DNA of 64,000 bases from assembly GCF_006345805.1 (NCBI RefSeq), contig NC_043004.1, positions 20,522,001-20,586,000 on the forward strand, given 5' to 3'. A program made the position numbers and the translations under genes. The notes beneath the pieces were generated by a model. It ran no database searches, was not told the origin of the DNA, and saw only the letters and a list, made by a program, of their open reading frames with translations. Position 1 is the first letter of the stretch, and each line of letters opens with the position of its first letter. Positions 1 to 12,200 of this stretch are shown here, piece after piece. This stretch comes from Octopus sinensis. Lineage: Eukaryota.

Positions 1-949
1 ACCCTAACAAAGAATGAGCTACAGAGCACTTAAGGCCATGTACATGTTATCTCTCTTTCTCAAACCATAAATCGATGTAGATTCTTAAAATTAGTAATTT
101 AATTTTTGGGTCTGCACGAAAGGGGGTGTATGCCTGACATTCATAGGTCCACAGAGACTAGTTGTTGAGATGGCATAAAGAAGTTCCCCAGCACCTTAGA
201 GGATTGGGTATCAGATATAACTCTGTTGATGACAGAAGAGACAGATAAAGGAGGTAACATATCTGTGTATTAGGGAGGTTTGTCTGTGTTGCAAATAACT
301 TCATACCTGTCAGTTTAGTGACTTTAGTGGTGGAAAATGTATGTGTGGTAAAAAAACGGAGAGAGATAGAGAAACAGAGAGCTGGTAATGTTGCTGCTTG
401 ATTGTCATACATTATTGCTATATTTAATTGTTGACAATAAAAATATTAAAATTTAGAAACAATTCTTTAGCTCCTTCAACATAACTTTACTGTGCAAAAA
501 AAATATAAAGAAATCCAGTGTGTTATGAAAAGACACTAATTCTACTTTCTAATTGAATGCATAGAATTAAATATAGCATATCAGGTATATTCATACTTAT
601 TCCCACACACACACATATATATATATAACAAAATACTAATTTTCCCATTGATTTTCATGTTATGAAGTGAGATGCATTCTGACAGATCTTTTTCAGAAAA
701 AGAAAAGAAAAAACAACACAGCTAATTTTTTTAGAAAAATAACAATTTCTAAACATACTCTGTACAGTATGCATATATAAAAGAATTTAACAAGAATACA
801 TTTTCAAAACAAATTAGACTTGCAATATTGTAACAAGGTATGTTGTAATCACAGAAGTTGTTGCCTCTTATGTAAGGGATGGTGTTGGAATGAGAGGATG
901 TGGGACACTATCTTTTATTTTATATTTCATTATCATCAACATCTGTTTG

Positions 950-2480
950 ATGTTTAAAGTGCATCATATCTTTGTCTAGCTCTGTGTAGGAACTGAACTC
1001 TCTGCTAATTTCTATGTTATATTTACAATAAAGGTCATTATCAAAATAACGTAAGTTGCCAGCTTTCTTCTACATAGATCAACATTTTAGCAATATTTGT
1101 TGCAGTTAATTTAAGTAGAGTCAGTGGAATTTCTGTATTCTCATCTCTTTCCTCTGCTTGATCTTGTTCTAACAGCATCAACTCCTGAGTAGATAATGCT
1201 TCTCTATTAGTCGTTAGCAAACTCAACCACCATCCACTATGACTTCTTCAAACCTTGTACCCCTTACAAATGTCACAAAATCTTTCTGAATTTGATATAG
1301 AATTTCTTTTTGTTGAAAGCTTGTAAGGTCATAGATATAGTCAGGCCATACAGTTTTGTAAGCACCATTTAAAGTTAGGGAATTCACTTCATTCCATGAC
1401 TGATGTATGACAGCTACAGTAGCCATTATGTTCAATTTCTTCCTTAAGAATCTAATTGCAAGTTTATCCTTCCTGTCAATTACTTTCCTAAATTGTTTGA
1501 AAGTTTTTAAATAACTTGCCTTCAAATTATCCGTCATCCTTGATCCATTGGTTGAAGTTGTATTTTAGAGGTTTATTCTACTCTCCCATTATCAGAAAGC
1601 TCATTTAAATCTATTTGGTAGTTTGGTGTATTGTCTAAAGAGAACAATGCTTTGTTGGAAATATTATGTCTGTACATTTCAACAACAGGATGAAAAAATG
1701 CTTGTAAACTTCAAATAGGTTGCTAATCATCCATACCTTCTTATTTGAACGCCAAATCAGGTAGATTAAACTTTGCATAATCCTTGAAAGCTCTTGAATT
1801 TTCAGAGTTATGCATGAGTAGGGCTTTCAATTTCATATCACCAGCAACATTTCCTCCCAGAACAGAAAATTTAAATGCTGTTGTTGATATTTCTTCTTGA
1901 GATGTTTCATATTCAGTTTCCCATTAGCCCTATAAAAATAAGGTCCTAGCAGTTAACAGAATAACTTCTTGAACACTTGACTTAATTTTCTCTCTATTGC
2001 CATGTAATGTCTCCCCTGTAGATATTGCTAGCTTTAATGTTTTGGCAATGTGGCAAATTTGTTTTCTTCTGCACCAGGCTTTCTTTAAAACAAGTTTAAT
2101 ACTCAACATAACTATTTTATGGTCTCTTTTCACACTGCTGCCTTCAGTTCCACTTCATAGCTTTCTCCATGGATCTTGAACTGTGAGTAAAACCACGGCA
2201 GCTATGTAGCAAATAAATAAATAAATAGCACCAAGAACGAACTCTTGGGAGAAGAAAGATTGTATATATATATATAAAATCTTTCTCTCATATATATATA
2301 TATATATATATATGTGTGAGAGAAATAAAAGGGAAGAAAAGTGAAGGCAAGCAAGAGAGTCATACAGGTATATAAAAAATTTACTTGTTAATACAAATTT
2401 GGTGTGTGTTGCATTCCATTACATAATCAATGAAACAATGTATGGTAAATAAACAAACGGTATAATGTATCCTGACTGTA
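950..2480 (-). mobile_element. Decayed Tigger/pogo-type DNA transposon (CENP-B/DDE_1 transposase pseudogene)
   Basis: Minus-strand translation gives Tigger-like motifs VLGGNVAGDMKLKALLMHNSENSRAFK (~1790-1865), IWRSNKKVWM (~1730-1760), KALFSLDNTP (~1625-1655) and QLQPMDQG (~1537-1560), broken by stops and frameshifts. A possible terminus CTGACTG|TA lies at ~2472-2480. Confidence 0.85.
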
Positions 2481-3299
2481 CAACCAGATGGCAGACAAAC
2501 ACAGAATGTTACTAATTCTTCATCAGTTAGCCAATTGGTAATACTCAGTTTCACAATATATATATATATGTATAATTATATACATGTATATAAGTGTGTG
2601 TGTGTGTGCTTGTATATATGTGTATATATAAGTTAATTGCTGGTAGTGACACTATCTTATTTTGCAACTATAATATACAACAAATGTATTAAAGTCTTAT
2701 AAATCAACACTACATCTTGCTTATGTTAGAAGTGTGATTCAATCTATTTTTAAAGGTATCTCTACAGATTTTCTATAGATATTAGAGCCAGCACTGAAAG
2801 TTATGTTTTGTGTATTTGTATATATGTCCATGCTAATAATGCGACCGAAAATAGAAGAATAAGTAATTGCTGTATATGCATATTTCAGGTGTGATTGCTA
2901 TTTCTTCAGTACCACATCCAATTATTACATCCCATTTTCTTCCTGAGTGGATGCTATGCTGAGTGTCAGGGAGCAAGTCATTAACTTTTAGCAATGAGAT
3001 CAGCTTCCTTCTGACAATGGGTTCTATGACTTTGCTGACATATCTGATTAGAGAGAACAGCCAATAATATTTAGTATCTGCTCTGCTACCTCTTTATGGA
3101 TAGGATATATCATGCCTTCCTTTAACTTTCTGGGAAGCTTCCCATTTGCAAAGAAGCTTTGGAAGAGGATCTGTAGTGGTCCTTGAATTTTTTATGAGGA
3201 CTGTTCTATTAGAGTATATATAATTAGTATGATTCACAAAATGGCAATTCTCATTAAATGTGATTTCAATTGCTTGACTGAGATTTTATATATGGCCCA

Positions 3300-3612
3300 G
3301 CTCTCTGTTACACTGATGTGTGTTCCCATTGATATGATCAACTGAACAGCTGGCTCATAAAATGAATGTGTAAGTGGCTGAGCATTCCACAGACAAGTGT
3401 ACCCTTAATATAGTTCTCAGGGAGATTTGCTATCATACAGAGTGGGACAAACTGGCCCTTTGAATTATGGGCACAATTCATTTTGCCAGCTCAATGGACT
3501 GGAGCAGTGACAAAAATAAAGTGTCTTGCACAAAGACACATACCATGAGCAATCAAACTCACAACCTTACAACTATGAGACAAGTATCCAACCCACTAAG
3601 TCATGTGCCCTT
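3300..3612 (-). mobile_element. tRNA-derived SINE (family B head, alternative 3' body)
   Basis: Reverse strand begins with degenerate A/B boxes, then GCAAGACACTTTATTT...CTCCAGTCCA, shared with the copies at 6140 and 51170; the 3' half differs. Confidence 0.7.
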
Positions 3613-3735
3613 TAAATGTGTGTGTATACATATACATATATCCCTGCATATCTCACATCTATTTTCATTCCTCCACTTCACTCTCTATTTCGTATCTTAT
3701 CTAGAATAACTATTACTTAACCATTTTCTCACACC

Positions 3736-3783
3736 GTCTCTGATGAAGGAATATATAAAATATCCCGGAAACAGCTCTAAGAC
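3736..3783 (+). ncRNA. Minimal type I hammerhead ribozyme motif (Penelope-like), slightly degenerate
   Basis: GTCT-CTGATGA-stem II (GGAATAT/ATATCCC)-GAAA-CAGCTC-TA-AGAC. Stem I GTCT/AGAC pairs; stem III is one base away from the palindrome CAGCTG. Confidence 0.65.
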
Positions 3784-4171
3784 CTTCTATCTATAAATGT
3801 TCTGAAATCTTTCACAGCCTTGGATTTTTATCTCATTCTGCTAATTTTTTTATATACACACATGCTGATATATGACCTTTGTTGGACTCCTCATTCACAT
3901 AATTACCTAACCTGGAGCTTAGCTATAGTCTGTCCATAGCACTTACTCAGCATTACCTGACACCTTTGGGTTTTCTTGATATCATTACCTCTCATAATGA
4001 GAGAAATGGAAGATATGAGAATGTGTATTAATCACTACAGTTGTTTTGAGCTATCTTTCATCGGTCCCTCATGAGTGGGATACTTTGCAGCTGGTTTAGG
4101 AGTATCCGATGGTGTAGATATGTTTCTTCAGGTGATTACAAGATGTATTTCATTAAAGTAATGAGTGTTCC

Positions 4172-5249
4172 ACATTAATTAAGCTTGCTCATGAATTTGT
4201 TTTAGTTTTACCAAATTATATTTGATCAACAAGTGAATCAAGATATTAAAATGTGGTAAATAAGCATTTAGCGCAGAGAGAATATAGATTTTTGTATTAG
4301 TACCATTTCAGGAATTGGAATAGAAGTAAATAAAAATTCTACCCTGTAAAATATATAGAAAAGCAGCAAATCAAGGGATACAGCTTCATTTTGATAGAAG
4401 ATCGAAGATCCATATTAAATAAAAGATACAAAAAGAAACAAATACACAATACAACAAAAAACATTAAGTATGTGAGAGGATTCTACTAGTTTTCATCTTC
4501 CAAATTCCACTCAGAAGGTTTTAGCCAGCCTGTGACTACAGTAGAGGATTCCTTCTGATAGCATTCATACTGTGGAACTGAATACATCAGCATCTGGTTC
4601 TGAAGTGAACTTCTTAACCAATAACCATTCCTGAATATATATAAATGTAATGGGTGTACGCACACATGCGTCTGTATTTGTGTGCAATCAGATACATTTT
4701 CAGTTACTTTGACAAAGTACTTGATATCTCAGATTTCTTACACATTGATCTAAATCTTTAAACCAGTTGTAAGTTACTTGCAGTGAAAATTTTTAATGCA
4801 TATGAAGTCATAGAACAGTAGCCTTTTTAGAGATTTAAGAGATATAGATGGAAAAGGAAATCAACCATTAAGATTTCTAGTAAATCACAAAGAATTTGAG
4901 AAAATATTCTGTATAATCTTCTAGAATCATGAGAAACAAAAGTTATGATTCAGGTAACTCAAAATATTATCAATTTTGAAAATGACCTATGGTAGTTTTA
5001 ATTTAAATAAATTTCAAGATTTGAAAATACAAATGAAACTCAAAATATAAAGTTTGCTATTGTACATTAATTAAGGTTGCTCATGAATTTGTTTTAGTTT
5101 TACCAAATTATATTTGATCAACAAGTGAATCAAGATATTAAAATGTGGTAAATAAGCATTTAGCACAGAGAGAATATAGATTTTTGTATTAGTACCATTT
5201 CAGGAATTGGAATAGAAGTAAATACAAATTCTACCCTGTAAAATATATA
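4172..5249 (+). repeat. Dispersed direct duplication of 186 bp (4172-4357 and 5064-5249)
   Basis: The two copies align with three substitutions by eye. Confidence 0.95.
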
Positions 5250-6139
5250 CACAATCATTTAAAGTTTAGTCATTCATTTTAGCAGTTTAGAAATCAATAT
5301 AAATTATAGATATTCTGCAGAGAAAAAAAAAAGGTTAAATAAAGTTCTCTTTAAAAAATTTATCACTATACTTCAGTGGTTTAAATAAAATATGAGAAAT
5401 TTACGTTATGTCACTTTTAAGATTATAATTCTTTGAAATATTAACTTATCTTTAGTTATGAAAAAAATATCATCATTAAAGACTACTTATCTCAGACATA
5501 TGCCATTAATGACTGCTACAGTTTAGATTTAGAACTTCATATTCCTACATTAAAATACTGAAAGAAGAAACTTATGGTAGGAGGTTTACTTGGTGATCTT
5601 CACAGATCTCTCTCTCATTTAAATGTTGTATAATTATTGACTGTTGAATTGTATAATCATTAGACTTAACAGGAACAAAACATGACAGTTATTATCAATC
5701 TCCTCTTTTTCTTTTTTATTAATAACCTCTGATCATCAGCAACATTGTCAATCATTGCTGTGCTGTAGAAAGATGAATGATTTGTGCTTTAGTCATTACT
5801 ATGATATATGAAGATGAAGGTCTGTGACAGGTATGGGCAACCTCCTCCAAGAAGTTGGCCAGACTATTAAAAAGTTTCAATGTAATTTTTCAGAAAGCCC
5901 CATCGGCCACAAATTGTCCATGACTGGTTCATAGGTTACAGTGGTTCCTGAATCAATAGTTATAGTATAGTATCAAGAGGAATATCCGTAGTTTGCAATG
6001 CTTAAGCAAGACTAATATAAAGTTAGCTTTATGCAACATAAATAAAGTAAAAACGAATATGAAAGTGCTTTTATGTGATTTTTAATGTCTCCATTGACTC
6101 TCATGAAGTTACTTATTTCTATTATTGTAACTTATGTGA

Positions 6140-6478
6140 AGGCACATTGCTCAATGGTTACAGTGTTGGGCTCACAATCATGAGGTAGTAAGTTTGATTT
6201 CCAGACCGGGTTGTGTACTATGTTCGTGAGCAAGACACTTTATTTCATGTTGTTCCAGTTCACTCAGCTGTAAAAATGAGTTGTGATGTCACTGGTGCCA
6301 AGCTGTATCAGACTTTGCCCTTCCCTTAGATAACATTGGTGGCATGGAGACGGGAGGCTGGTATGCATAGGCAACTGCTGGTCTTACATGAACAACTTTT
6401 TCTGGACTTGTGCCTTAGAGGGAAACTTTCTGGGTGCAATCACATGGTCATTCATGACTGAAGAGGGTCTTTACTTTT
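6140..6478 (+). mobile_element. tRNA-derived SINE, family B
   Basis: A/B-box-like head, central GAGCAAGACACTTTATTTCATGTTG; full-length similarity to the reverse copy at 51170-51500. Confidence 0.85.
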
Positions 6479-6557
6479 ACTATGTGGGATATAAGGAGTA
6501 AAAATTAGAAAAGGGTAATATTTATTAGAAGGCAAGATTTAAAGTTTTATGATGGCA

Positions 6558-6724
6558 GCAGGCATGGCTGTGTGTTTAATAAGTTAAACTGGAAACAATG
6601 TTGTTTTGAGTTTCATCTCAATGTGTGGTATCTCAGGCAAACACTTTCAACTATAGCCTCAGGCCAATCATTGCCTTGTAGATGAATTTGGTAGATGGAA
6701 ACTATGAAGAAACCTGTTGTGTGT

Positions 6725-6787
<63 letters not shown>

Positions 6788-7430
6788 CACTTATTTACTT
6801 ACTTGTGGTGACATTCACCCTGGGCAGGTTGAATCGGCTTCTTCTACCACCCTCGAGGCATCTCAAACCATGGCAGTGGAAGAATTTTCATGGGAATATG
6901 AATTTCACAAGCAGTCCCCAACAATCCCGCATGTAGAGACATCCGGTTTGCTGCAGATTGTCCGCAGACGCAGGGACAGAACGACCAAGGAGCCACCGGT
7001 TGCCAAAACAGACACTCCGAAGATTTTCACCAGAGCCCCGCCTGCCAGGTTGTAGCCCTAATACCACTCGGTGTCAGACCAATCCACCTTGGGTGGCCCT
7101 ACCAGGAACCGAAGTTCCTGATGGCATAGCTCTGACACTTCCTGTTGCCAGCGTCCCCACCACGGTGAGGAGGGGATTGACTTTGGGGACATGTGTGTGT
7201 GGGTGTGGGTGTGGGTGGGTGTGGGTGGGTGTGGGTGTGGGTGTGTGTGAGAGTCTGTGAGTATCCCCAAACTTTTGAAACTAGTCTTGGTTTAATTTTC
7301 CTGTAGCTTTGCAGTTTGGCAAATGAATAAAATAGAATAAATACTAGACTAGAATTGAGTCCTGACTAACTCTACAAAATGGTGCTCCAACATGCTTGTA
7401 GTCCATTGACTGAATACTGTAAAAGAGTAA
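6558..7430 (+). mobile_element. Old family A SINE interrupted within its internal (GT)n tract
   Basis: 5' half (6558-6720) and 3' half (~7250-7430) match the intact copy at 10092-10509. Confidence 0.75.
6790..7190 (-). mobile_element. Non-autonomous bipartite RTE-derived retroelement
   Basis: GC-rich 400-bp insert. The minus strand starts with RTE/Expander-like 5'-UTR motifs (CCGTGGTGGGG...GAGCTATGCC...CCTGGTAGGGCCACCCAAGG) and ends in a CAAGTAAGTAAATAAG tail; no RT coding capacity. Confidence 0.7.
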
Positions 7431-7944
7431 GGCAGATCAGTAAAGATATTTGGTGAAATGAAAATGTTCTGCAATAAGTTCCTCTCTAGTATTGTCAAAA
7501 TTACTTTCTTAAAGTACTTATAATGTTAAGATTGAGTTCATGTAAGTATGGCAATTGCCTTAGTATGGACATGAAGAGAATCAATCCAGAAAGTGCCTAC
7601 TATTCAAATGCTAATGAGAATAATACTGTGACAATTAAGTGTTACAGTTTCAGTGAAACAAATGAATTAGACAAGAAAGAAATTACTGAAGCAACAATTG
7701 AGATAAGTGACACCTAATTAGTAAATTAGTAATAAGAAATAATGAAATCATACCTGACAATAATATAATCAATATTAATAATGTAAATGAACATCCAATA
7801 TTTCAGACATACACAAAGAAATGTTTAGAAGAGCCATACATCTTATTAATCAGACTGGTTTGTTTTATAACAATGCTATTTATATTGGCTACGTAGTATT
7901 GAGGAATATTATGCAAACAATGGATGCAGGCATAGCTGTGTGGA

Positions 7945-8486
7945 CAGGTGTAGGAATGGCTGTGTAGTGAGGGGCTTGCTTCCCAACCACATGGTTCTAG
8001 GTTTAGTCTCACTGCATGGCACCTTGGGCAAGTGTTTTCTACTATCACCTCGAGCTGACCAAAGCCTTGTGAGTATAATTGCTAGATGGAAACTGAAAGA
8101 AGCCTGTCGTAAATATTTATATATCTATTATATAAAATCCGTTCTGTCTGTCTGTGTGTGTGTGTGTCTTCTAGGATCTTGGGCAACCTCCATCCGATTG
8201 CGCTCAAATATGATATGTAGATGCTGATGGTATCTGGGCGTGTATAAGTCTTGAAAAAATTACAAAAATCGATTCCAGGTAAGAATGTGATCGATAAAGC
8301 CGTGGGAACGTGCATTTGTCAAATCGTTTTTCTTGGAATAGAAAAAAGTCTATCTTTATTTCTCCTTTTGCTGGTGTCTCAAATTAGGTTAAATAGGGGA
8401 CAGTCAGACAAGTTGTTTTGAGAAAATTTGGTTTAAATGTTTGGCTACTCAGCACCATTAATTGGATGGGATACGTTTTGCTCGTG

Positions 8487-8533
<47 letters not shown>

Positions 8534-8780
8534 GTGTGTGTGTGTGTGTATGTCTTTGTGTCTGTGTTTTTCCCCCTTGACAACTGATCTTGGTGTGTTT
8601 ACATCCCCAAAAGTTAGCAGTTTTGCAGAAAAGATTGATAAAATAAGTACTAGGTTTAAAAAGAAATTAAGATATCAAGTCCTGGGGTCAATTTGTTCAC
8701 ACTAAAACCCTTCGAGGTGGTGTTCCATCATGGCCAGAGTCAAACGACTGAAACAGCCAAAAGGTAGGAGATAAAAGATA
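7945..8780 (+). mobile_element. Family A SINE interrupted by a Helitron-like insert
   Basis: 5' half 7945-8120 and 3' half ~8530-8780 match family A. Confidence 0.8.
8124..8484 (+). mobile_element. Non-autonomous Helitron-like element
   Basis: Starts A|TCTATTATATAAAA followed by a (CTGT)/(GT) microsatellite, typical of Helitron-N 5' ends. Ends GCTCG|T, read as a degenerate CTAG|T. Confidence 0.55.
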
Positions 8781-9019
8781 AACTGATTTTTAATATATGA
8801 TACACACTAAGGTGAAGGCTTGTGGCTGGGTGGTTAGGATATTGCACTCATGTTCGTTCCACTTCTCTCAATTGTAAATGAGTAACCTTGTAATAAATTG
8901 ACATTTAGTTCAAGGGACATGTTATGCCATGCAAGTGGGGTCACCAGCCCTATGAGTCCTAGGACTTCAGGCAGTACTTTCTTTCTATACATACTGAGGG
9001 TAACATATATTATACTCTG

Positions 9020-9180
9020 CTGGGTGGTTGGTGTTAGGAAGGGCATCCAGCTGTAAAAACCTGCCAAAACAGTCACAGAAGTTTGGTGCAGGCTTCTGCT
9101 TGGCCAGCTCTTGTTGAATTGTTCTACCCATGCCAGCATGGAAGGTGGACTTTTGAAGATGGTGATGATAATGATGATAA
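9020..9180 (+). mobile_element. 3' end of RTE LINE / RTE-tailed repeat (family D)
   Basis: GTTAGGAAGGGCATCCAGCTGT...CCCATGCCAGCATGGAA...(GAT)n, as at 33410-33560. Confidence 0.75.
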
Positions 9181-9187
9181 GAAATGT

Positions 9188-9691
9188 GGCAAGATGGCAG
9201 AATCATCAGCATGTTGGATAAAATGCTCAGCAATATTTATATTCTGAGTTCAAATTCCACTGAGGTCGACTATGCCTTTTATGTTCTTGGAGTCGATAAA
9301 ATAAGTAGTAGATGATGTAACTGACTTACTTGCTTCCCTCAATAAAATAAAGTACCAGTTTAATACTGGGGTAAATGTAATCGACTGGCCCTTTTCCTAA
9401 AATTGCTATACTTTTTGTCAAAATTTGAAACCATTATTATTATTATTATTATTTAGAAGCAATTATAATTATTATCATTTTTATTAAAGGCAGTGAACTG
9501 ATAGAATTGTTAGCACAATGGGCAAAATGTATTTTGCCTGTCTTCCCATTCTGAGTTCAAATTCTGCCGAAGTTAACTTATTCTTTCATCCTTTTGGGGG
9601 GTCAATAAAATAAGTACTAGTTGAGTACTTGAGTCGATGTAACAGGATTATCTCCTCCCGGAAATTGCTGGCCTTGTGCCAAAATGCGAAA

Positions 9692-9692
<1 letters not shown>
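9188..9692 (+). mobile_element. Two adjacent family C SINEs (MetaSINE-like core)
   Basis: Each carries TTCTGAGTTCAAATTC and a degenerate GCCTTTCATCCTTTCGGGGTCGATAAAATAAGTACC core (9188-9430, 9488-9692). Confidence 0.75.
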
Positions 9693-9734
<42 letters not shown>

Positions 9735-9951
9735 TATTATGTTTGACTTTTGCTTTGTATTTGTTCAAGTTGACTCCAAGTCTCACCCAGAGACCTTGAG
9801 AGACAACAAATTAGAAGTTTAAGCTGGTGTTATGACTAGGGTGTATATATTTAGTTATGCACAAAGTTTTGTCCTAGAGAATGTTTAAGAAAATATACTA
9901 TTATTATTATTGTAGTTGTTGTTGTTGTTATTACAGTTATTATTATTATTA

Positions 9952-10638
9952 GGTACTACTTAAGAAGAGTGGTCCCGGTGTGCGCACTCGCGTTCTCGTG
10001 CATCCATGCTAGCTTGTTGTGACTAGTCGATCCTACAATGACTACCTAGCAAAAGTAAATAAAACACAAAATAAATAATTTTTTTACACAAAGGCGCAGG
10101 AGTGGCTGTGTGGTAAGTAGCTTGCTTAGCAACCACATGGTTCCGGGTTCAGTCCCACTGCGTGGCACCTTGGGCAAGTGTCTTCTGCTATAGCCCCAGG
10201 CCGACCAATGCCTTGTGAGTGGATTTGGTAGACGGAAACTGAAAGAAGCCTGTCGTATATATGTGTATATATATATATATATGTATGTGTGTGTTTGTGT
10301 GTCTGTGTTTGTCCCCCTAGCATTGCTTGACAACCGATGCTGGTGTGTTTACGTCCCCGTCACTTAGCGGTTCGGCAAAAGAGACCGATAGAATAAGTAC
10401 TGGGCTTACAAAGAATAAGTCCCAGGGTCGATTTGCTCGACTAAATACGGTGCTCCAGCATGGCCGCAGTCAAATGACTGAAACAAGTAAAAGAGTAAAA
10501 GAGTAAAAGTAAATAATTTTTTAAAACAAAATAAATAAAATAAAAACACAAAGTAAGGATTGACCAGTCACGACTAGCTAGTGCGGATGCGCAAGTACGC
10601 GAGTGCACGCACTGGGACCACTCTTCTTAAGTAGTACC
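9952..10638. mobile_element. PIF/Harbinger-like MITE with ~83-bp TIRs and TTA target-site duplication
   Basis: TTA|GGTACTACTTAAGAAGAGTGGTCCC...GGGACCACTCTTCTTAAGTAGTACC|TTA; TIRs at 9952-10034 and 10556-10638. Confidence 0.85.
10092..10509 (+). mobile_element. Intact family A tRNA-derived SINE nested in the MITE
   Basis: A box TGGCTGTGTGG, B box GGTTCAGTCC, internal (TA)/(TG) tract and (GTAAAAGA)n tail; about 20 related copies in the window. Confidence 0.92.
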
Positions 10639-10645
10639 TTATTAC

Positions 10646-10678
<33 letters not shown>

Positions 10679-11227
10679 CACATGTTAGTAGATACATATA
10701 CAAAGTATCCTGGTAGATAGCGATGATGGAAAACCATTCTGAAACCTTTTCCTGCTGATGTCAGCATAAGAATCTGGATGATGTTGAATGTTTGTATAAA
10801 CATAACAATTCACTTTGTATTGGACAATACTGGTTCAAGGAATACAATAAAATCCATCTCAATTTATGCAATCTGATTATGGAACAATGTATATAGATCA
10901 GTAGAGGGATCAAGATTCTCAATACACTCCATAAAGAATATGGTAGTAACAGAAAGGCAACTGTCTGTATCAGTTTAAGCGCTGACACATGTGATGTGAG
11001 ATGTACAGTTTTTTGGGTTATTCATTCACCAAATTTTATAAGATTAAATCTTTTTGCTCAATTTCTCATGACCACCAACTGTGTTTGAAAGCATTGAAAA
11101 TATTTCTACTGTGATCTAGCAATCACTTTCCGCACAATGCTATTTCGTTTGCTTGCATAACCTATTCTATAATAGAGAATGAACGTTCATATAAATATAT
11201 GTGTATATGTGTATGTATTTCTCTCTT

Positions 11228-11291
<64 letters not shown>

Positions 11292-11310
11292 TACATATAT
11301 ACATATATAT

Positions 11311-11347
<37 letters not shown>

Positions 11348-11618
11348 GCTAATAAGCAGGAATTGAGACCCACCTCGTTGTAATTAACAATGGATAAATT
11401 TGTCTTCTGTGAGTATATAATCCCTCATCATATCTATGGAAATTCATATGGATTAGGTCACCTTCTCTGTGATGCTATCAAAACTTTTTTAAAATTCTGT
11501 GATAAGACTGTACATCATCTTTAAAGAACTTTAATGAACTTTAGAAATCTGTTTAATTATCTACATTACTTCATGAGTATAGCCTCAAACACTAGGATGT
11601 CTAGAGAACTTACATGTA

Positions 11619-11708
11619 TTTTAGCTGATGAGTACGGGACTCGTTTATATGCTGTATCTTTGCAACTTTTAATAAAACCTGTCCTTGTATGAAACGATCG
11701 TACTAAAA
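11619..11708 (+). ncRNA. Type I hammerhead ribozyme with intact core
   Basis: Stem I TTTTAG/CTAAAA; CTGATGA 11625-11631; stem II GTACGGGAC/GTCCTTGTAT with a long loop; GAAA 11691-11694; palindromic CGATCG; GUA cleavage triplet 11700-11702. Confidence 0.85.
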
Positions 11709-11752
11709 ACCTATCCATTCTTGTTGCTTCTTTCTCGCTTATATACATATAC

Positions 11753-11786
<34 letters not shown>

Positions 11787-11799
11787 TCGTGTGTGTAGG

Positions 11800-12053
11800 T
11801 GCAGATGGCACGTAAAAAACACCATTTTGAGTGTGGTCATTGCCAGTACTGCTAGACTGGCCCTTGTGCCAGTGGCATGTAAAAGCACCCACTACACTCT
11901 CGGAGTGGTTAGCGTTAGGAAGGGCATCCAGTTGTAGAAACTCTGCCAGGTAAGATTGGAGCCTGGCGCAGCCATCTGGTTCGCCAGTCCTCAGTCAAAT
12001 CGTCCAACCCATGCTAGCATGGAAAGCGGACGTTAAATGATGATGATGATGAT
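11800..12053 (+). mobile_element. RTE LINE 3' UTR fragment (family D)
   Basis: GGCACGTAAAAA(A/G)CACC subrepeats and a GGACGTTAAATGATGATGAT tail, as in 32991-33560. Confidence 0.85.
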
Positions 12054-12129
12054 ATATGTAGAGGTAGGTACGTACATATATGTTTATATATATGCATATG
12101 TTTTATTTATTAATATATTATATATATAT

Positions 12130-12200
<71 letters not shown>

